A DNA stretch of 58,113 nucleotides, filler included, from Catajapyx aquilonaris (Eukaryota), in the NCBI GenBank assembly GCA_000934665.2. It is 3 parts of 3 records of this genome, joined end to end, with 100 filler letters (N's around TTAATTAATTAA, not from the genome) between each part and the next. Parts side by side here need not be neighbours in the genome. Positions count along the whole stretch, not along the records: positions 38,841 to 58,113 come from KZ539547.1; 2 more parts are not named here. One strand, 5' to 3'. Shown here piece after piece: positions 50,086 through 58,113 of this stretch; the stretch's first letter is position 1, and each line of letters begins with the position of its first letter. The position numbers were made by a program, and so were the translations under genes. Below the pieces are notes generated by a model. The model saw only the letters and a list, made by a program, of their open reading frames with translations, did not search any database and was not told the origin of the DNA.

Positions 50086-50089
<4 letters not shown>

Positions 50090-50132
<43 letters not shown>
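50090..50132. repeat. (CT)n microsatellite / GAGA tract
   Basis: Read directly; similar tracts at ~42953, 43805, 46733, 47045 and 51865. Confidence 0.95.
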
Positions 50133-50134
<2 letters not shown>

Positions 50135-53100
50135 TCAAACATGGATCCCTAATCTGACTTAATCCCGAGGCTGTCAGTGGCGCCAGTCGCGCGCTCCCAA
50201 GCCTCTCTCTCTCCATCTCCTCCACCTTTCCCTCCCCGCTCTCTCGAACCCCTTTTCTGCTCTAGTCTCTTCCTCTTCATCCGACCGCCCCGCCNCCCCC
50301 CCTCACCTCCCCCCTGCTTCTTGCAGCGAAATTAAATCCGACGAAACCGATTTGCATACATAATACAATCCTTCCTTTTACGGCCTGGAGTTTGGGAGGA
50401 TCTCTCTTCTCTCTCCCTCTCTCTTAGTATCCTCTCTCGTGTCTTCTCTCTCTCTCGGGCGGTGCAGCAGCAGCCTCTCCTTTCCGCTTCTTTCCCTTGG
50501 GGGCAAGTCATCCAACACCTACCTACTACCACTTAGCCCCACAGAGTCCTTCCCAATCTGGGCGCCGAATCGCAGACGACGCTACCGCCTTGCAACTCAT
50601 ATTTAACCACCATTAAAATGGGGGCTCATTGGACCCACGATTTTGAGCAATTTTAATGTACAAAAAGTTGCGAGCAGGTCGACATATCGTACGTAACATA
50701 CAATAAAATAAGAGAAAAAAAGAATCCGATTTGTGTGTCCCTTTGCCGGAACAATCTGATCACAAATATTGACTCTGGCAACAGAACTTGGTCAACATTA
50801 AAAAAAAGAACAATGTGATCCCCTTAAGTCAACTTAAGTCAACGGCCTGTCACCAGCAGGAACATGGCTTCCGACCAGAATGAGACAAACTGTTCCGGAA
50901 TGACAAGAAGTAGATGACATAATTGGGTTTACCTTGGGATGAGTCCATCTTGGCCACTCCATCTGTAAACGAAAAAAAAAATGTAATCCATTATTAGAAA
51001 ACTACGTTGCCAAATTTCGCACCCAAATCACTGTATACTGCCTGAAAATTAAATGCGAGCAAATTTTATAAATTGCGCAAGTGACTCCAAAGATGGCGGA
51101 TAGGCTCACACGTGCTAGACGAAAAATCTTCGCAAAATCGTCGCAAAAAAAGCTATGGTGGAAAAAAAAGTCGAGGGAGGGCAAAATGCACATCAAAGTC
51201 TTCCACTTTTTTTTGGAGGGGGTGGAGAGGATGAAGGAGGAAGTCGTAAAGAGAAGCTGTCGGCGGCCATTTTCTGAGCCGGCGGAAGTGGCCTGTCGAC
51301 GGGGCGCCCCGTCTTTTGTTCTTTTTAGCAAGGGTGGGCGCAGTTAATTCGCTTTCCCCGCTCGGCACTCCGGATCATTTATATTCTTTTATTTCTGGGC
51401 TGCTGCTGCTGCTGCTATCATGAGAAGAAGGAGGGGGTGGTCCATGGCTGGAGCTTGCACAAAGATGTATGGCAGGGGTGGTGGTGCTGGTGGTTGGTGA
51501 CCTCGCTTCGTCGACTGAGAAACGACACTTTCCAAGTTCTAACGGCGCTGTCTGGCGCTAGGCCCGAAAATTGCGTTTAGAGAGGAAAGGGTATAATATG
51601 CGAAAGTTCTGGAAAAGGAGTTATATACTCACCCGGAGACACTGACCGGAACAGTCCGGCACATTCCGGTTCCCACCCTTGAAATGAAACCGCGGGTGTA
51701 AAAAAAAACATTGTTTTTGTGTCCTATTATGCTAAGCAAAAGAGGTCTTTGGAGCATGTCATTCCTCCAGTAGGAAAATTAACCTCCCCAAAAACGCGCT
51801 CGTATAAAAAAAATGTCGCTGGCCCATTAGCATCCGGAGGTATAACAAAAAAAAAATGCCAAAAAGAGAGAGAGAGAGAGCAGAGGCTCGCAGCGGCAGA
51901 GAGACAGAGAATGACATGAATAAATTGCGCTAAAAGCAAGACCATGAGGTGCTGTTTTTTTTGGAGGACTCTCTTGCCTTTTTTTCCTGATGGCAACAAC
52001 ATTTTGTTTCCATTGCAAAAGACGAGTGTCCGGCGACCCTTCTCTTACCCACAGGACGAACCCCCGAGAGTACTTTGGGTCCGAGGCCTCTAAAGGGATT
52101 TATTGACACTACTCGAGTCGGATGGTCTTGTATAAATTTGTTTCCATGCTCCCGAATGGCCGCGTCCTCTATATAGTACACTTCCACTCCGTCTCTTTTC
52201 GTGCTGCTGGTCTCTTGAAAAGAACTGGTCATTCGCGGATTAAGAGATAGGTTCTCTCTCTCGGGGGGAGGGGGGGGGGATACAATTTGCAAAATTCCAC
52301 CCCGACGTAATGAGGTCTAATTGGATTAACCGCCTCGGTAATTAGGCTTAGCGGAACTTCACCTTGACGTCATAAGAGCCGAGGTGCTGGGTTTTAAGTC
52401 GGCGAGGCTACTGCTCCGGCAGCGATATTCACCTTGGTGTTTTATTCAAGTGACGTATCACGTCAGTGCATTATTTTACTGCCACAGTTATTATGGATTG
52501 ACCAGAAGTTTCATTCCTATATAGAACCACCCTGTAGATCTGGATCGCCAGAGCAATACTTCATCTCTCCCAGAAGAGCGGCTTCTACACAAACAACTAT
52601 CGCCTGTTGACGCTTCTTCCCCTTACAGAATTAAAAAAAGAAGAAGAAGAAAGGAAGCGAGAATGAATGGTGGTGGTGGTGGTGGTGAGAGGAGGAAAGA
52701 GATGAAAAAAAAGAAAGAAGAAATAACATCGCAGTCATTCTGTAAGATGATGATCTTTGGAGCGCTTGGGTGAAAAGGATCGATGGGCCATTGTCAAATC
52801 TTTCTCCCACTAGTGATTGATTCATGGGGGCTTGTCAAGCATTGCTCGCCTTTCTCTCACTTTGAGGCCGGAAGTTTGGCTGAGAAATGAATCGTGTCTC
52901 TTAAGCACAAACATGTTCCCAACCATTTCTTCTCCTGTCTTTTTTTTATTATTATACCACCACGAGGTATATACGGTCCTGAATTATGGCTTGACTATCA
53001 ATTTCCAGTTTGTCCGTAACTTTATTTGGTCTTATATACCGCAGTGCGATTGGAGCAAGCACATCAGCTGAGGTCTTTGCGTTAAAAGCTTGAAAGGCTA

Positions 53101-54714
53101 TATAGCGCGGGTTGCACATGACCACAGCGCTAATGAGGTGTAAATGGGATTAGAGAGCGCCCTTTCCCTCCTCCCAGTTCATTAAAAGGTCTCTGAAAGA
53201 TAAAGAGCCTTCTGCCTTCCCTCCCCATCAATCCACACTGGTCCATCCATCTCAGCAAGCACCATCCATCAGCAAACACGGTACGGAGTGTTGGTGCATT
53301 TGATGCACTCTTCCCAGTATATAGAGCTAGAAGTTTTTTGAACAAAAAAGAGTGCAGATATCTCTGGATGACAGCTAGAAACTCGTGGCGTTTGGTGGTG
53401 GGATATCCCTCCCCCCTCCCAGCAGCAGCAGCCTCTCCCTGCGGCAAATCCTCCCTCCCAACTTCCCTCTGGAGATTTATACGGGGCTGTAGCTGAAGGC
53501 AGGAGTCCACCTCTGGGCGCGCCTGCAGGGAAGAGGCCATTACGCCCGCCGCGGCATCACTTATGGATACTGATGGCCGTCGGCAAATGAGTTGCCGCCG
53601 CCCGCATTATACGGGAAAACCCCCCCCCGCGCCAGCCATCTTGCTGCCTTGCCTCTCCCTCTACAGCCCCCTTCCACCTCCCACACAACCCGGATCAGAT
53701 GAACTATACCCGGGCTATACCTATACTCATCCCTGCTGCAAAAAGCACATCAAAATCACATAACGCAACGGGGGAGGCATTATACGAGGGGCATTGTTGT
53801 TGGCAGATGCAGAGCTCCGCCCACTTATATCTAACCGGACTGTATTTCACAGGGTGGTTCGTAATGGCGACAACTAACTGGCAGAGGGAAGTCGTGGTCA
53901 CTAGAGGGTCACTTTATGTCAGGGTGTCGTTTGCTCTCCGAAGCTTGGTTATCCAGATAATTTGGTTCAAAGGCACTGGAGAAAATTGCCAAAATTGTAA
54001 GACTATTCCGATTTTTACAATGATAAACATATATTTAACTAGACCAAAACAACGGGCGGCGTGTTATTTTAAGCGGGGTATAAATAGCAAGAACTGCTAC
54101 TTAAAAACACAGGTAGCTCGTATATAAAACAGATGCAAAAATTAAATTACGTGCGTCCCAATTCGCTAGACTGGAATTGGCGTAATATGAAACCCCCGGG
54201 CCTGCGATAACAGTCAGCTATTACAGTCGCCGATTTTTATATTATAAACAGCGGCGCATCACTGGATGCTATATATGTGATGATATATGTATACAAAAAG
54301 AAGAGAGAACTGCGAATAAAGTAAGTCCTGGGAAACAGGTCGGCAACTGGAGTTAAATTCCCGTAAAAATTAATGGCGCAGTATAACTCGACGGAGCGAA
54401 TCTGGGTGCCGTTTTCCAGCATTTCATCCCGCCGCATCAATTCACGCCGGGTTATGTCTATTTTCGGCTGAACACTTCGATGCCACCGACTCTATTATAT
54501 CCCCCCCTTTTACAAAATAACCGCCAAGCAGTGCATGGTGGAATGCTCCATTATAATATTTACGCTGAACATGCAATACGAGAGTCGCTTCCTAACCTAA
54601 CCTAACACCAGAATTCACAATCCGCGACTCCATCTCGTAAACAAGTTGACTCATCGACTATTAGGTAGCAGTTGCCATCTTTCGCTTCTGTCCTCGGGGA
54701 AAGTTTAGTGTAGC

Positions 54715-54881
54715 GCCCTGGTGGACTTTGTCCGGGCGGTGACTCATCACCAACGTGCATGTAGTACTGTACTTTCCCCATAAGCATGGCATAGTAGTGT
54801 GCAGAGGGAGAGCCTATGCGCCAACTGGCAGTGGCCTATCGTACTACGTCCAAGTTGGGGGGGAAGCAGTGTTGCCAAAAT
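54715..54881 (+). repeat. Dispersed repeat, copy 2
   Basis: Direct homology with 39868-40036. Confidence 0.8.
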
Positions 54882-57775
54882 ATTTTGGTCAGTGTGTCCT
54901 GAAGCAACTTGGACCGGTATAGTACAGAAGTCTAAACTTCAGAGTGGTCCATTAGTCCAGAGTGCAAAGCAGGTCTCCCAGAGGAGCTGTTGTCCATCCG
55001 GTGCAAGCAATTGGGCAGCAGCAGAAGCTTCCTTCCTCCATACAGAAGCAGCAGCAAATATGTTTCCTCCATGGTCCAGCGATATTGGCTGCTGGGCCCA
55101 GAGGAACAATAAGCAAACCAGAAAAAAAGGGGGAGGAAAAGGCTCACACTGGCGAAGCGAAACTTGATTCTACACCAACCAGAAGAAGAAAAAAAAAGTG
55201 TAGAAAGAAAAGAAAAAAAAAGCTTCCTCCGCAGTGGATTTACGGCATCGAATGGGATTGTCTCCCCCTTTTTTTTCTTTTCTTTCTTCTTCTTCTTCTT
55301 CTTCTTTCCTCCTCCCAAGCAGCAGCAGCCCCCCTTTGCTTTTCTGGAAGCAGAATTTTTGATCCGGAGCGAATAGCGTCGGTGGCGATCCATCTCGCCT
55401 TTCCCAGACGGCTTCCAAGTCGAGAATTAATTCAGAAAGGAGCGGCCAAGTAGTTTCCAACGTCGCGCGGAGGCCCTCGATGAGAGGTGATGGCCGCTTT
55501 TCTGAGTTCCAGCCCGCTGGAAAACACGGCAGCCTGCTGCATTTCGTTATCCCCTCCTCCTCTCTGACGATGGCAAAAGGAAGGGGGGGAAACTGTTTTC
55601 ATCGGTGGAGATACACACACCCGGGGGAATGGGTTGGCCCAAATGGCACTGAGGGAAAGGAAGTGGCCACTGACGACGACCCAGGCCTGGCTTCTCTCTT
55701 AACGTCGGCGCCGCCAATCTCTCTCGGCCAGACTCATACTGTATACGCATATATAGGACCCTTCCTTTTGCTATGGGCACACACACACAGCACAGCACAG
55801 CACCACCAAAATGGGGAAAACCGCAACCCGCCCACACAACAGGAGCCGTTATGGTTCCTCTCCCAGCAAGGAAAGAGCTGCTATTGCGGAAGAGGAAGAT
55901 GCGCGGATTTATATGCCGCTAGTTGCACTGTAAAACGGGCTGTATATAGGGTGCAATGCCAGGTACTTGTCTGTATACAACCAGGCTGCCAACCTCAAAT
56001 GCCGCTATCGTGTTTAGCAATTTGTGCTGTTGATGTCGACACGAATTAATTTTTTTTCCTCGTGTTGCTACAACGACACTGTAAACCTCAAAACATTAAA
56101 TGAGCTCCAGCATGCGCTCTTCTAATGCTTTTTTGTTGCTGAAAATCGTCAGAAGAGCATTAAAAATTGATGCTCCATGGGAGACTCGCCAGTGTTATGC
56201 TCTTTTAAGGTTTTGCGGTTTACAACTGTAGCCCAATGTTTTTTGTGACACAGAGCCAAAGTGCAAGTTGTGCTTTTGGGCGGAAGAAAAAAGAACCGCC
56301 CTTTCCTGCACCTATATTATATTCTGACAGGAAAAGAAAAAAGGCCAAGGGTCAGCAGGTCCGGTGCTGGTTCAGCTTTTGCTTTATTTGCTGTTCCGAG
56401 CACAGCAGCACCTGCGCCGATTCCTTAATCGCCGATTCTCATTACCCTCGACCCCACCGTCCCTATTTTTTTTTCTCTCTCTCTCGTTTCTCCAACAGTC
56501 TGTTCCAACCCATGCATTTTTTTTCTCCTTCTTTCCTTCTGTCTTCCTCTCCCCCACTCCTCCTTCCATCTCCAGGGAGGTGAATTATTCCAAGAGGCCT
56601 CACCCTTTGTCAGGTGAGCGATTCCGCTTTCGTCAACCGACCATTCAAAGCTGCTGCTGCTGCTGCTCCCACATGTTTTCTTTTCTTCTCTTTTTCCCTC
56701 CGCTCCGTTCTCCTTAGAAAAAAAAAGGTCGAACCTTCCTTTTATTTCCCCTACCTAACATGCTGCCTGCAAATAAGTACGATGTAGGATGCGCCAATAA
56801 AGTACAAGTTCCAATTTCACCTACAGTGTTGGCCACTGACCAGTAACAAACATGTGCATTTGAAATTTCAACCTGGAAGTGGTTATAAGCAAACAAAAAT
56901 AAATTATGGGGTCTTTTGGTTTTCAAAAGTGAAAAATCCTATAGTGGCAAAATAGTTGATGGGCGATTCGAAAAATTGTCAATAAAATTGGAATGTTTTA
57001 AATGCCTTGTTAATGCACAAATGAGGCTTTGGTGATCAGATCAGTTGCCCTCCACCTCACTAACTAAGTGTTACCCTATGATCCACAATCCAAAGAGGAT
57101 GAAAGTTACAGGTTATTATGTCAGCAACCAGTTCAAATAAAATAAGCAAACAGTGACTCAAACAGTGGGCTGTCGACAATATTGTTTTCTGAGGTGAACA
57201 CTCCTCACTTCTCATTTGACTACGTTCTCATGTATGTGGATTTGACATGTTCACATCCTGCGTAAGAATATATTATTCCCCCTGGTTTAGGAGAAAGAAA
57301 AGCTGGCTCCTAAGAGTGAAGAATTTATTATTTTACACTTGCAATAGTGAACAGAATATTATTTTTCTCCGTGATCAATTCCCAGACACTGCCGTCAGTT
57401 TTTTAATCCCTTACCTCGAAAGTGACCAAGTATAGAACTGATATTATAATATTTTTTGCTTGATCTCTATTAGCATCAGTTTTAGTTACTTTACTACCTT
57501 ACCATAGCAGTTACCGTCTTCTTTCATTGATCAGCAGCTTCTGCCGGCACTTCCGGCGGTTCACTCGCTTCGTATACAAAAGTAGCCCATGCTTTTGGTT
57601 CCTTCCGACAAGGTGTTTCAGTGTATGGGAGACTTGAAGGGTGGAATGGAATCTGACCTGCTCTTGTCTCTCCTTCTCTGAATGGCCTATGTCTCTCTAT
57701 GCCCTCCCTACTTCTTAGCCCGATTCGGATGAGCTTCGAAGGGATGGAACAGGAGGAGGGGGGGAAGGCAATAGA

Positions 57776-57842
57776 NNNNNNNNNNNNNNNNNNNNNNNNN
57801 NNNNNNNNNNNNNNNNNNNNNNNNNNNNNNNNNNNNNNNNNN
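57776..57842. other. Assembly gap (67 N)
   Basis: Plain N run with no linker. Confidence 0.9.
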
Positions 57843-58113
57843 GGAAGAGGAAAGGGGGGGGGGATCCTTCGGGGATGCAGCGCTCTGCTGTATAATCCTC
57901 CTCACAGACGTTTAGGCATCCCCCCGTGGAACGACTCCACTTTAAATTGTATGAAAGTTGCATGAGAGAGGGCTGGTTAGTTTACAAATGAATACGGCGA
58001 TTGGGCGACTTATAATATCAATGTAGCATCTCCTGACTTTGTCGGGTGCTCAGCGGTTCTCAATGGCCATATTAACTTGATAATTAGCTTCTGCTAGGAC
58101 TTGCAGATGAGAA

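Noticed and set aside
52529..52550. ACCCTGTAGATC resembling miR-10
   Set aside because: Only 12 nt match, there is no star arm or hairpin, and CACCCTGTA is a common Tc-MITE end in this window.
39994..57965. ORFs of 100-220 aa in segment 3
   Set aside because: Low-complexity, overlapping on both strands, with no recognisable domains or consistent exon structure.

Overview
Repeat-rich invertebrate genomic DNA, probably arthropod (inferred from repeat types and gene style). It is not one locus: three ~19.3 kb segments (1-19355, 19456-38740, 38841-58113) are joined by identical artificial spacers (N44-TTAATTAATTAA-N44). Segment 1 holds four phase-compatible minus-strand exons of a UHRF1-family gene (tandem Tudor, PHD, SRA), whose introns are packed with SINEs, MITEs and nested Tc1/mariner elements. 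Segment 2 holds three spliced exons of an AROS/RPS19BP1 homologue. Its stop codon is followed after 26 nt by an intronless DPM2 ORF and, 5 nt later, by an intronless nicotinamide riboside kinase ORF. This operon-like, apparently tricistronic AROS-DPM2-NRK arrangement is the most interesting signal in the window. Segment 3 has no recognisable coding sequence and almost no transposons; it is CpG-rich, carries GA tracts and homeodomain/PHO-like motifs, and resembles a developmental regulatory landscape. All protein identities come from my recall of family motifs, not from database searches.
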